A stretch of 64,000 nt of DNA from Owenia fusiformis (taxonomy: Eukaryota): positions 8,618,001-8,682,000 of the forward strand of contig CAIIXF020000001.1 of assembly GCA_903813345.2 (NCBI GenBank), in the 5' to 3' direction. Below, piece after piece: positions 25,201-46,554 of the stretch. Within the stretch, counting starts at the first letter, position 1, and the number at the start of each line of letters is the position of its first letter. Below the pieces are notes generated by a model, which was not told the origin of the DNA, ran no database searches, and saw nothing but the letters and a program-made list of their open reading frames with translations. Both the position numbers and the translations under genes were made by a program.

Positions 25201-27418
25201 TGTATGAGGACTGAAGCGGACTCTACTAACCAGGAACCTCAAGTAATCCTTGCACCTAGGCCAGCGTTACAGTCATCATTGGGATTCAGTTTGGCCACTG
25301 TGAACTTTGAATAGAATTCTACTTTGAACTATTATTGTACCAGAGAGTGATCGTATATAATTAACAACAACAAGTTTATTTGGACATTTCAAATTTGTTT
25401 GTAATAATTAAGGTTATAATATATGTGAAATAAATCTATATTGTTGTCGTGTTGTAATTGCTGTAAACACAAGTACATTTAACGTGTACCCAGAAATCCC
25501 AAAAGTAACCTAGCCCTCACACTACCACAAATCGGCTAGTTTGTTACACTTTGTAATGGTGAAAATACTGAAGCTGAAATACCTTCACATACTCCATTGA
25601 GTATAATATGATCTTTGATCACTTTTATGTTTCAATTTTCATTTGAATTCGTTTCAAGTACACATCAAACAATTTGATTTCTCTTCTGAACATTTGACCA
25701 ATCCTTGTGGAATGAATAAGAACTTTCTCGCATACATGTGAATCTATGTATATCATTTCAAATGTTATTTCTATGATTTGTAGGGGATTATCTGAGCCAA
25801 TATAATGGGTATCCTGGCTTACAGGTGTTTACACAAAATGATGTCATACTCTATGACATAGTCAGTGTATCAGCTTGTGCCCACAGGTAACTATAGCTAC
25901 CATATTGCTTTCTAAGAAATTACTTTTACACCCATTGTTTTACCAATCTGATTGTGAGGACAGTGAAAAGATGAAATAAATATGTATTTTCATAAATGCA
26001 GATACATATACTTCAATTCATCAATCATTGCACAACCAAAATATTCCTCATACTTAATTTTCAAAATTATTTTATATTTAGAGCTCAAACAAGTACAGTT
26101 CTCACAGGTCTTGACATGTTTGCATGAAGGAGTTATATATATTGAATATTGTACCCTTACCATATATGAAAACACCAGTTTTATGGTTGATAAGGGCATG
26201 CCTAGTAGTACATGTTTTTGCATGGCCTTGCACTTACATGTTTTGTCTTCATTGACCAGTTATCCAGACATTAAACACTTAATTTTAGGTGCTCCAACTG
26301 GGACACACTAGATGAAGGAGACTTTGATTGCAAGTCGTTTGATTACTGCTCAGCAGACAACTCCTGTGGCCTCAACAAAGGACACTTCTTTGAGTTTCCA
26401 TTCAAGAACAAAACCTCACAGCCAACATGCCAACACTGGTCAAGTAAGTTAACTTATTTCATCATTTGGTAGTGTTGATAATGTAACTTTTACTGGCCAT
26501 ACTCTCAAATACATGCAATAAATAAATGTATGATTTTGAACTAATATTTTGATATGCAAATATCTCTAAACTGGTAATTCTTTATGAGATTTAAATTGTT
26601 CAGATCCCTTCATATATCATTTTACATGTTTTAGGAAACTACTTAGCAGACTTTGAACTGAAACAACAACGTGTAGTCCCATTGAAGAACACAGAGGTGT
26701 ACAAAACAGATATTGAGAACTGTGCCAAGCTATGTGTTGGGTTAGGTGGAACATGCAAAGGCTTTGATTACTGCAAGAATGTGTCTGAATGTGTTCTCAC
26801 AACTGAACTGTTTAGTAAGATAAAGATAGGACAAACCGTACCTGAAACACAAGCATATTGCAGTAGATATTCACGTAAGTTCAAACTCCAAATTGTAAGT
26901 TCAAACTCCAAATTGAATAAGATCTACATTACTAATAAGCATTGCAGAATGGATATTATTGATACTTTTTAAACATCTAGTAATTTTGAATTGAATTCTG
27001 CTTTCATTTAGGGTCTTATTATCCCGATGGTTCAGACTTTAACCCAGGAGCCACAAAATATGTGAAGGTACCAGAAAAGGGGGGTTTCTCAGCAGGTAGG
27101 TTGTGTTGTAAGCTTTGTGATTTTTAGCTGAAGTTCCAAAAGTTTAAGACCTCCCATTCTTGATATGTGTTCTCAGTGTGCATTTAGTCTAGTAGTTTTT
27201 CAACTCATTCTTATATTTCTGTAATTTTCCAAAAATGTAGAGTTAAGAGTCCAATATGTAATAATGTGTGTAATCTTTCAGGTGCCATGGCTGGTGTAGG
27301 AGTAGGAATGGTGGTATTGGGAGCTGTTCTTGGAGTTGCAATCATCTTCATAGTAAATAAGGTCAGAGGACCAGCTAAAGATGGCATGGGAGTACATTTC
27401 GTCAATAACCCTCAGTAA
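7289..27418 (+). CDS. Uncharacterised type I membrane glycoprotein: signal peptide, 2 ependymin/LolA-like beta modules, 4 PAN/Apple domains, TM, short tail. Exons 7289-7299, 7691-7800, 8143-8337, 8502-8635, 9077-9185, 9431-9588, 10236-10358, 10588-10699, 10965-11140, 11542-11649, 12809-13010, 14684-14857, 15162-15401, 15507-15634, 15883-16189, 25784-25886, 26289-26443, 26635-26874, 27012-27095, 27282-27418
   Basis: All exons have AG/GT boundaries and join in phase. N-terminus MIVRLLQVALCVLSVDG. Four C-x3-C...C-x-[ST/G]-[FL]-[DN]-YC...C...C patterns (PAN). TM GAMAGVGVGMVVLGAVLGVAIIFIV. The fold assignment of the N-terminal modules is inference. Confidence 0.85.
11679..12649. mobile_element. 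Non-autonomous DNA transposon with ~70 bp TIRs and 10 bp TSD (Mutator/MULE-like)
   Basis: ATCCAGTAAT duplicated at 11669-11678 and 12650-12659. Termini GGGTTTGTGTAAAAAAC...GTTTTTTACACAAACCC. Internal ACGTT-rich degenerate repeats. Confidence 0.9.
13335..14360 (-). mobile_element. Internally deleted mariner relic encoding only the N-terminal DNA-binding HTH region
   Basis: ORF 13616-13993: QRSSIKTFVLLGKQAKDI..IQEAYG..MSKRLIFRWCKMFKEGRESVDDDDRSGRP is typical of the mariner/Mos1 HTH. No DDD domain. Partial inverted repeat TGACACTAAGGCT(G/C)TCATTTT at 13335 and ~14321-14342. Confidence 0.85.
17450..19160 (+). repeat. Tandem array of ~226 bp units inside the 5' LTR (about 7 units), built from GAACTACAAAACTTAG-like subrepeats and (CTATTGA)n
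   Basis: GAAGAAC(A/T)TAGTCGAT recurs near 17535, 17763, 18050, 18454, 18688, 18914 and 19141. The identical-type ORFs at 18682 and 18908 are 226 bp apart. Confidence 0.92.
19106..19465 (+). CDS. LTR-borne ORF with one TM helix (env C-terminus-like or small membrane protein). First ATG at 19271 gives 64 aa
   Basis: Hydrophobic WMFLFFALVLVSVLFIVTCLIAIICI followed by a polar tail. Identical copy in the 3' LTR. Expression is unproven. Confidence 0.45.
   Translation: MDLQNLEVFCYLKNLVDLLRGNLQDWTALQEGEAIPSIELKEVVSSLHRPNSWNWMFLFFALVLVSVLFIVTCLIAIICIRVCMRTEADSTNQEPQVILAPRPALQSSLGFSLATVNFE
19701..19718 (+). other. Primer-binding site complementary to the tRNA-Leu 3' end
   Basis: TGGTGGCAGTGGTGGGAT starts 1 nt after the 5' LTR. 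Its reverse complement ATCCCACCACTGCCACCA matches the 3' end of metazoan tRNA-Leu(AAG/UAG class) plus CCA. Confidence 0.85.
19755..22262 (+). pseudogene. gag-pro: gag-protease polyprotein with one in-frame TAG at 20217-20219
   Basis: ORFs 19692-20219 and 20223-22262 are in the same frame. Coiled-coil N-terminus, capsid-like KPDTFDGTTPWQDY..F, zinc knuckle CFYCHKPGHRIAEC, aspartic protease FLVDSGA...GILGTDYL. Confidence 0.9.
22610..22621 (+). other. Polypurine tract
   Basis: GGTTGGGAGGAG directly abuts the TG of the 3' LTR. Confidence 0.75.
22622..25548 (+). repeat. 3' LTR (2927 bp)
   Basis: Nearly identical to the 5' LTR but lacking ~360 bp of the tandem array. Confidence 0.95.
24955..25314 (+). 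CDS. Second copy of the LTR-borne TM ORF
   Basis: The 119 aa translation is identical to that of 19106-19465. Confidence 0.45.
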   Translation: MDLQNLEVFCYLKNLVDLLRGNLQDWTALQEGEAIPSIELKEVVSSLHRPNSWNWMFLFFALVLVSVLFIVTCLIAIICIRVCMRTEADSTNQEPQVILAPRPALQSSLGFSLATVNFE

Positions 27419-28556
27419 TGCTCTAAATACTGCATGAAACAACACTCTACAAACTAGAGAAACCCCTGTTTTTGTAATTTGAAGTAAAATTATAAAAGAC
27501 TAAAAACCAATATTTGTGATTACTGGAAGTGTATTATAAAACATCTGCAGAAGTGTAATGCGAGAGAACATTATTAAAGTGCAATAACTGAAAATTAAAC
27601 GAAACTTCTGAAAACTTTGTTTGTAGTGACTAACAAAACATCTCTCAAGTTATATGATATATAAAGTACATAACTCCCAGTTCTTACAAATAGATGCAGA
27701 GATGAGTGTAATTTTTCCACTCAAACATTCTGCGTGCACAAAGCTGTCTCATGTAACTGGATATTGAGGTATTTTGTGAGGGTAAAATTGACTTTCAACC
27801 ATTGGGAACATCAGAACGGTCAAGTTAGTGTGCAGTCAATGCAATTATTGGAGGATTCATGAAGTTAAAAATCACCAGGTCTATTAATTGTTTTCTTAGG
27901 AATTTGAGAATATGAACTTCATGAAGGATATTCTTGTAATTTATGTTGGAGTAATAGCTTAAGCTACCAGGAGTTGAAAATTTTTCAAGCTTTGGGAACC
28001 ACTGAGACATTTCTGTACTCACCTCTGTACATATGCATAATAATGTAACAATGACATACATGGTCATCTCCATCAACATGACAATACAATATACAAACAT
28101 AATAAAAATCTTGTGTTCATATGATTATTTCACATATATATTAATTTTATTTATTCATGTATATACAAATACATACTATACATTAAAATTGGAATGCACA
28201 TAAATACTTTCAGATACAATAATGAAAAGATACAAACTTAAAAACTAAAATTGAGCAACAGTTTAACAGACATGTAGAAAATTTTCAAGGTTCTTTCATC
28301 AAATCCCTGTATAATCCCCCTCCCTTCCCTTACCAGGGATTTGGTAGTGGAAAAAGTATTGAGGGGAACATGAGCTTAGCTTAAGATGAGATGAAATTTG
28401 TGTTCCTTTTATTTTATTAATTTCTAGAATTATTTTTTTGTGATCACATTGACAAGCACCATTGTGAATTATGAACTTCAAAGACTAGTGGGGCAGCCTA
28501 CATACAGTATTTCTATGTGCATTATACAAAATAAATACTTCTTAACTTTACATTAA

Positions 28557-28735
28557 AGGGGCTACAAATCTATTTATATTCCAATCTTCAGAAATTGTTC
28601 AAAGACTGATAACAATCCGAAAAAAATTTCTTGAACCTCCAGAAATTTTTAGGTGAAACAAGTTTATTTAGATATATGTTTGCTTCAGTTTAGTACTAAA
28701 TAAATCAAAATTACATAATGACTTATAAAGCCCCT
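28557..28735. mobile_element. Short Kolobok-like MITE (TTAA TSD)
   Basis: TTAA|AGGGGCT...AGCCCCT|TTAA. Confidence 0.7.
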
Positions 28736-30557
28736 TTAATATACTGTATTTGGACGGAAAAAAATAAACAAAAGCATATTGGATTATATACACTGTACAT
28801 ACTATTTGTGATTATGCACCTTTAATAGATTTGTACTAATATACATGTATTGTAATGTTCATACAGTTCTACTAAGAAATATTATAATACCATTGTAATA
28901 CTGGTACAAGTATGACCATGCAAGTTCCCAAGAATAAGAGTGGGTGAGAGAATCTCCTCAATTGATCTGTACCAGAAATGATCATGCTTAGCAATATCTA
29001 AATATATGGTGTTGTCTCCCAAATATGTGGATTGATATACTGTCTTTTGGCTACTAGCCTACATCAGGTGTGATATTAGGCCAAGTCTCACATCATATCT
29101 GCAACCCCCTCCCTACCAGATGCAAGAATACATTGTAGATAAGTCTAACATTATATAGCTTTACATATCATTGCCCACATAGAACAAAACTACATGAGTT
29201 TCCCTGATACAAACCAAGAAACATAAGTTGATAATATATTAATTTAAAGTCCTTTAAAGCCTCTAAACTTTAAGAACCAATCACCAGTCTGGAATACACC
29301 ACTGTATAACAGTCATGTACACTGCATCCACTAATCCCTAACATTTTGTATTCACAAATCCATCAATATTTATAGCAGATAACTGAATTGCGACCCGTTA
29401 TCTGTTAATTCACCAAATAGTTCTTTATAAATGAATTCAAGATGCAAAGGAAAATCATGCTTGTGACTTGAGGGGGTCCTGTCCCAGTGCACTATCTCAG
29501 CTGTATTGGAATACTGTCACCTGCTCCCAAGTCTGTCACATGGATCACAGCAGCTCGTTTAGGGGCTCCCGATGGTGTCCTATCATATATGGAAGTGCTG
29601 AATCGACTTATGTACCTGGAACAACAGAAATGGGCATTCTCAATGCATTCCGAAGGGGCAATATTGCGATATAGAAAGTGGATCAATGGTGGTTGGGTGT
29701 TGTTTATAATCATTCACATTTCTTGGACAAAATATCTGTTAGGGCTACATAAGTGTTCCTTATTAGCTTATTTGATTGAAGATTTTGCAGTTATTATCAC
29801 AGTTTTCTTTTTTGTAAATTAAGTTTATATAGAATGCTAGAATTAAGTTTGTTTTTAAGAGGGATAAACATTTGCTTCTGCGAAGCCAATGGTGGACAAA
29901 AACCTAAGCTCTGGACATGAACACATAATTACACAACAAAATATATCACCACAGGACCAAACTGTGCAACACATGGCATAAAATGTGCAACACAGGGCAA
30001 AACTTATGGCTAACTGTAAATGAGAATGACAAGCTCACAGCACAAATGTTAATTAAGGAAGGACAGGTGTTCCTAGGACTTATTTCTAATTTCAGTGTCA
30101 ATAAGGGTATATTCTTAATGTATAACATGCAATTTGTTAGGATCTGATAAAATACGCAAAAATGGGCTGTGTGTCATCTGCAGCACTATATTGGGGTTCA
30201 CAGCACATGTATAATGGGAATAGCTGGTATAAACTCCAAAACGAAACAAAATCACTCAAACTTGTGACAGCAAAATCATATAACCTAGATCCAATAAGGG
30301 GTCATACAGGAAGGGTGCTATAATAATACATATGTGGTGAAACTGCTCAGGTCGAATTGTTCAAACAAAATTCTTGGTGAAAGTGTTCATTACTGTACAT
30401 ATATCTTACTGGAGGCTCAATCTGGCCAGTCTATCCTAAAATCGTCAATTTTAAAAAGTTAACATGTTTACAAACAGGAGGCATAGGAAATCCTCAATAA
30501 CTATGGAAACTTTCATCTATGTAATATTGAATCTTCCTGCACCAGTTCCTTGTGTTT

Positions 30558-31030
30558 CAATCCCCTACCCCATTTCCCTCAAAGCACAAGAGGGGGTAAT
30601 CAATCCCCTACCCAATTTACCCCAAAGCACAAGAGGGGGTAATCAATCCCCTACCCAATTTACCCCAAAGCACAAGAGGGGGAAATCAATCCCCTACCCA
30701 ATTTACCCCAAAGCACAAGAGGGGGTAATCAATCCCCTACCCCATTTCCCTCAAAGCACAAGAGGGGGTAATCAATCCCCTACCCAATTTACCCCAAAGC
30801 ACAAGAGGGGGTAATCAATCCCCTACCCAATTTACCCCAAAGCACAAGAGGGGGTAATCAATCCCCTACCCAATTTACCCCAAAGCACAAGAGGGGGTAA
30901 TCAATCCCCTACCCAATTTACCCCAAAGCACAAGAGGGGGAAATCAATCCCCTACCCAATTTACCCCAAAGCACAAGAGGGGGTAATCAATCCCCTACCC
31001 CATTTCCCCCAAACCACAAGAGGGGTAATC
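30558..31030. repeat. 43 bp minisatellite, about 11 copies (AATCAATCCCCTACCCAATTTACCCCAAAGCACAAGAGGGGGT)
   Basis: Directly visible, near-perfect tandem copies. Confidence 0.95.
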
Positions 31031-33042
31031 AGACAGGAGAAAGCAACGAGACAATGTATCAGAATATCTCAAAATCAAGTTATCAATGCCCTGACCCATC
31101 AGGTATAAGTATCCTGTCAGGTAGGATTCCACTTGCTGGTGTGTAGTTTCTGGCCAAGGGTGCTGGGTGCCTGGAGGGAAGACCTAACCGAGACCTACTC
31201 CTGGTGGAAACATGACAATAAATATTTTCATTCACAGCTGAAGTTTAAAACAATGATCGGTGTTCTCCTGGATTAATGCAATGACCTTGACCTAAATCTG
31301 AAACAATGATAGAGATTCATTTGAAAAATGTTTTGTTTTATGAAAGATGATTACAATTTCCCTTCCAATTAGCGCACAATATAGTATAGGCTGAATAAAA
31401 TGACAAAATTCAAAGTATGACAAGTGGGCCATTACAATAGCTCACATGCATTTTACAGAAATCTATGAAAACAAGCCCCCCTTTTTTCTAATAATCAATC
31501 AATCAAAAGGAATCCTATTATCTAAGTCCCAAAAAGACACGTTGGCCCTTTTTACATATTGCTCCCCTTTTGGAAGGAATATAGTACTCGCTATTCAACT
31601 GATGAAATATCAAAACAGCAAGCCCTTCAAGCAATACAAATAAAGAGTATACATCAATTTTAAAGACTTGTGGATCTAATTTTCTAAAGATTGATGCCAT
31701 GGAGATAAGGATGATCCTTAGGATGTTACCATGGAAACGGATACCATGGAAACTTTGGGAATCTTTGGAATCAATCTTTCAAAATACTGTAAAACATGCA
31801 GTTCCCTCAAACAAGTTAAATTCTTAAACATGTCACTTGTCCAATGGAATCCAGCTATTAAGTGAATCTAAGTTAAGAAAAAACTAGCATGTTTTACAGT
31901 ACAAAGCATAACCCTAAAGGTTTGTGCAATAAACCAATAGATAGATTAGATTAGACACTTTCACAACTTTATTAATGTTTGCTACAGCATGACGCCAACA
32001 TCCCAACAGCAGTCAGGGACCATGTGCTAGAAACAATGTGCCGGTTATGTAGTTATAAACAAAAACATGCTGTTAGATGAGTGCTTTCATTCTCCACTGC
32101 TCACCTCTCTGATCATCTCTGCGGCATGCTGTGGCTACATGTTAGTTATTGCCACCTTCTTATGCTTCTTTTTGCGACGTTTCCTATTAAAGCAACAACA
32201 ATGAGCATACATATATCAGTACATTACTGGAACTTATCAATGGAATATCAAGAAATGTTTGGGCAAGGCCAAATTTTCTAATTTTCATATATTAAGAAAA
32301 CATGAACTACAGGGTGACACAAAAATGTAACCATCTTTTTTGGAAACATTTCTCAATTATCCATGGGATCTTCATGAATTTTCAGCAGGTGTAGAAATAG
32401 TGTTTAATGTGAGAAATAATGGAATATGTAGATGGCATCTGGACTGGGATTTAGTGAAATCTGCAAATGAAGCGCAAGATTTCGTAAGTCAGAAAATGAT
32501 GAAAAGTTGGCTTTGTTAATAACATTTCATGGGGCATAACAATGACAGACAAACATGTAAAGCAGCTGAGAATTAGGTGTTCATAGAGGCCATGCTAGCT
32601 TATATTTACAGGGTGTAGCCCACTGAAAGGAATCACACGTGTTTAGAGTTGTTTACCCAGTACCTCAGCGTGAAAATCTGGTCTCAGCTATTGGTGGGAA
32701 TTTAGTGATCTTCGTCAAGTTTTTTCTAAGATAAACCCAGAACAAATCAAAAGCATGCAAAATCAAAAAAATAAATCAGAGATTTTCATAGATGTGTCAG
32801 ATTTCAATGTATAATGATATTAATTTGGCATACATTCATCCTGATTAGAAGATGGGGATGTTTTTCCATGCTTTCAAAATTGATTCAATTCAAACATGAA
32901 ATTCTCAGGACCACAATGTTTGGCCTAAAATTGAATTATGAGAAATAAATAAAGAATCAGTCAAAATAAGCGACCAGTAATAATTAAAGAGCATGCATTT
33001 ATACTTGTAGATGTTGTGATTATATTGAGTATATAAACTTAC

Positions 33043-43359
<10,317 letters not shown>

Positions 43360-45189
43360 GGTGAATGGAGTTTCTGCACTTAGCCCATTTTAATCAACCA
43401 TCTTTTCTGAAAAAAAGGCAAAATTGGTCTTATTCATTCATTAAAAAACATCAATTGCACTTGAATGGAGAATCTGAAATTGAAAATCTCTGTTTGGTTC
43501 ACGTAAAATAAACATATCTTTTTAAAAAAGTTATGCACAACAGTATGATATTACAAGTTGATAAATAAATAGTATTTACTTTGATATTTAATATAAACAC
43601 ACTCTCAATGCTTTTGATAGGCCTTCTAAACATATAATATTTCAATCATATTCAGTGTCTTTTTGGGCATATTTTGGACTGGAAGGAATCACGCCCGGTG
43701 ATCGTACAAAAATGATAGAGGGGGATGGGGGATTAGGTGATTTCTGCAAGAAAACTCAACAAATTTGGAAGATTTATTTTTAAAGAGAAAAACAGCTGAT
43801 TTGCCAAATGAATAGGCGCAGTGCATCATGGCAAAATATGTTAGGTCATCTAGTATTTTTTTTGAACTGATATCCTTCTAAGATAAGAGATCTATTTAAA
43901 AAGGCGCATCATCACCAACGTGCAAAAGTCAATGTTTTTGCTATAAATCAGGCAACAATGGTCTACACGACCTGTAATAAATAGGTATTTCTCCAAATTT
44001 TCCAATTTTTCATTCTCCAGAGATATAATATCCAGTTTCTTACTGGGGTACTGAGTTTAGTTTTTTCAAATATACGAGTTCTTGTGAATTTGTTCTATCG
44101 TAAAGACATAAATCTGCCAAATTAAATAGCCACCAATATTTCAAATAGAGCAAATCCGTCAAATTAAATAGTGTCAAAATAAGTGTATCATTCTACCGTA
44201 CGAAGTTTGACGCATCTCATATATTGTATTGTATCATATTTTGTTTACCTAGTCTATATCCAATAGACTGAATTTCCTGAGAATTCAGTCTATTGATCAT
44301 TTGTTGGATTTGCACTAGAGCCATAAGACGTCTTAGCTAAAATGTTTTAGCGTAAAAACATTTTACAAATGTAATGCAAATTCAGATTTTCTCAAGAGCT
44401 CTCGGCTACGAGCGCTTAGCTAAAACGGTTTAGGACCCTAGTCATAGCCAAGACGTCTTAGTGTTAAAAAGTTTTACAAGCGAGTGTAAATCCATCGTGT
44501 TTAGCTAAAAGCTCTTAGCCAGTTTTTTTGCGTTGCGCCGAACGAAACATTTGAAACTTTCCATTTACATATGTTGCATGGTCCTTTATTTTGTCTTATA
44601 CCTTGTACCCAATATCATCCCAAAATTATTGAGAAGAACTTATTTGCCTGGCGATTCATCATAATCCTAATTTACAGTTCCTACTCCTACTCTCCCGTGT
44701 TCTATGCGCAGGTGCGTTCTATCCAGCAATTTGATTAGTTCATATTATATGAACCCATGCGCAATAACTAAATATATTTTTAGATAGATGTCACTTGGGT
44801 TCATTATTTCACAGCAGTCCCTTCCCATGATGCACCTAATAGAACACGGGATAGTCAGCCATTTTTCAACATTCAGTTTCGAAACGATGATTTCATGAAT
44901 CTTTTTGCGTATAGCAGTCGATATAGGCTGTCCTTCGTTAAAAATAATATACGGGAATGAACCCAAGGAAACAAAAAACTCTAGGAACTACCAATTTTTA
45001 ACAGTGGACGTGTCTTGAGGAAGAAATCGACTCTGGAGCTAATAATTTGGAGGTGAAAATTGCTGGTTCTTGCATTTTAATCACTTCTTTACATATTCTT
45101 CAGATTTCTCAGCAAGTAGTGGATGGATTGCTACCATTTTGGGTAACTTTGCTCTGTAGTGTTGTTTGAATCAGCATGTCGATTATTGA

Positions 45190-45878
45190 AAGGATTCCTT
45201 ATGTTTTTACTGGATATATCTTACTCACTTCGAGAGCCATGTTAGATTTTAAAACTTATGGCTCTCAAACGGGGAAGTGAACAGCTGATTAATAGTGACC
45301 TTTGAAATCGAATTAAGTCGATCCGTGGCTTACTTTTGGTCTCTAACTGTGTCTTACATCAGTATCATCAATCCGTGTAAGTATTGGAGCGCAGAAGTAC
45401 TTCTTTTTCGATCAAGACTTGTAATTGTTAGTCGAGTGAATGTTTTTACTGCCAAATTCCAATATGGCGTTTTCTGCTCGGACATTTTCGTAAATCTCCG
45501 GAGGTTGTCCGAACCTAACTAATTCTCAAAATTCATTTCGTTCGTTGCGTATCTCTGTCCTAGCAAACCGCCATATTGGAAATAGGTCTAAAAAACATTC
45601 ACTCGATGAATAATTTACAAGTCTTGATCGAAAAAGAAGTATTTCAGCGCTCTAATACTTACACGGATTGATGATACTGATGTAAGACACAGTTAGAGAC
45701 CAAAAGTAAGCCGCGGATCGACTTAATTCAATTTCAAAGGTCACAATCATTCAGCTGTCCAAATGCTCCGTGGGAAAGCTATTATATCAAAATCAAAATA
45801 GCTTTCGCAGGAAGTAAGATATATCTACCAATCATTTTCTACAAATTTCAGGAGACTTCAAAAACGAATTCCCTTATA
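45190..45878. mobile_element. Fold-back MITE; best-conserved arms 45295-45426 and 45612-45744
   Basis: ~130 bp near-perfect inverted repeat with degenerate outer arms. Exact termini are uncertain. Confidence 0.75.
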
Positions 45879-46135
45879 CTCTTAATAAGAAGTACACACT
45901 CATTGGAGGGCTTGCCCGACCCTCCAGACAAGCCCCTGTGGGTAATAAGACCAAAACTCACACTTCAAATTGTGATGTGGAAAAATGGCGGACATTTGAT
46001 TTCAAATTTTATGATTACGACATGACACCTTATACATGCAGGAATTTATCTTTGGACGAAGGCCACGATACAGTGGCCTTAGAAAAAGGAAAGGTTCCCT
46101 TACCTTTTGCTTCGGAATCGGAAAAAATTAGGCTA

Positions 46136-46372
46136 CAGTTGGGGACAAAAATAAATGACAGGTCGATTTTCGATCACCATTTCCTAATTATAGTGGTCTG
46201 AAAGCCCATAATTTCAAATATTGTCTAGATACATATCCCTTAAAATTTGTATATCTTACATTTTGTATAATCTCATCCACTGATTTATGGCCTCTTGTAA
46301 ATTCTCTTATTTTTAACATGGGAAATCCTCACTTCAGCAAATCCACCTGTCATTTATTTATGTCCCCAACTG
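46136..46372. mobile_element. Tc1-like MITE
   Basis: TA|CAGTTGGGGACAAAAATAAATGACAGG ... CCTGTCATTTATTTATGTCCCCAACTG|TA. Confidence 0.85.
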
Positions 46373-46554
46373 TAGGCCTATGAAGTCCTGGCCTAAATTT
46401 TTTTAAAAAGAACACTAAATTCAAAAAGACTCAAAATCATGATTGGCACTGGTTGGTTCAGTCCGTCTATCAAGGTACAAATATAAATTGTGTCGTAGAT
46501 CTAACTTGCTTAGAAATGCACTGATATTTATTTATTTATAAACCAAAAACTCAC

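Larger units (their letters stand above)
16401..25548 (+). mobile_element. Non-autonomous Ty3/Gypsy-like LTR retrotransposon (9148 bp), intronic, same sense as the host gene
   Basis: Two near-identical LTRs with TGTAAC...GTTACA ends, 4 bp TSD CTTT (16397-16400; 25549-25552), PBS, PPT and a gag-protease ORF. No RT/RNase H/integrase. Confidence 0.95.

Noticed and set aside
16401-25548. Segmental duplication or mis-assembly as the cause of the 3 kb direct repeat
   Set aside because: TG..CA ends, TSD, PBS, PPT and gag-pro identify the repeats as LTRs.
30464-30814. 116 aa repetitive ORF
   Set aside because: Translation of the 43 bp minisatellite.
44300-45140. Possible nested gene or transposase relic (ORF 44745-44966 and TTAGCTAA repeats)
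   Set aside because: No recognisable motif or consistent splice structure. Probably decayed repeat DNA, but I cannot classify it.
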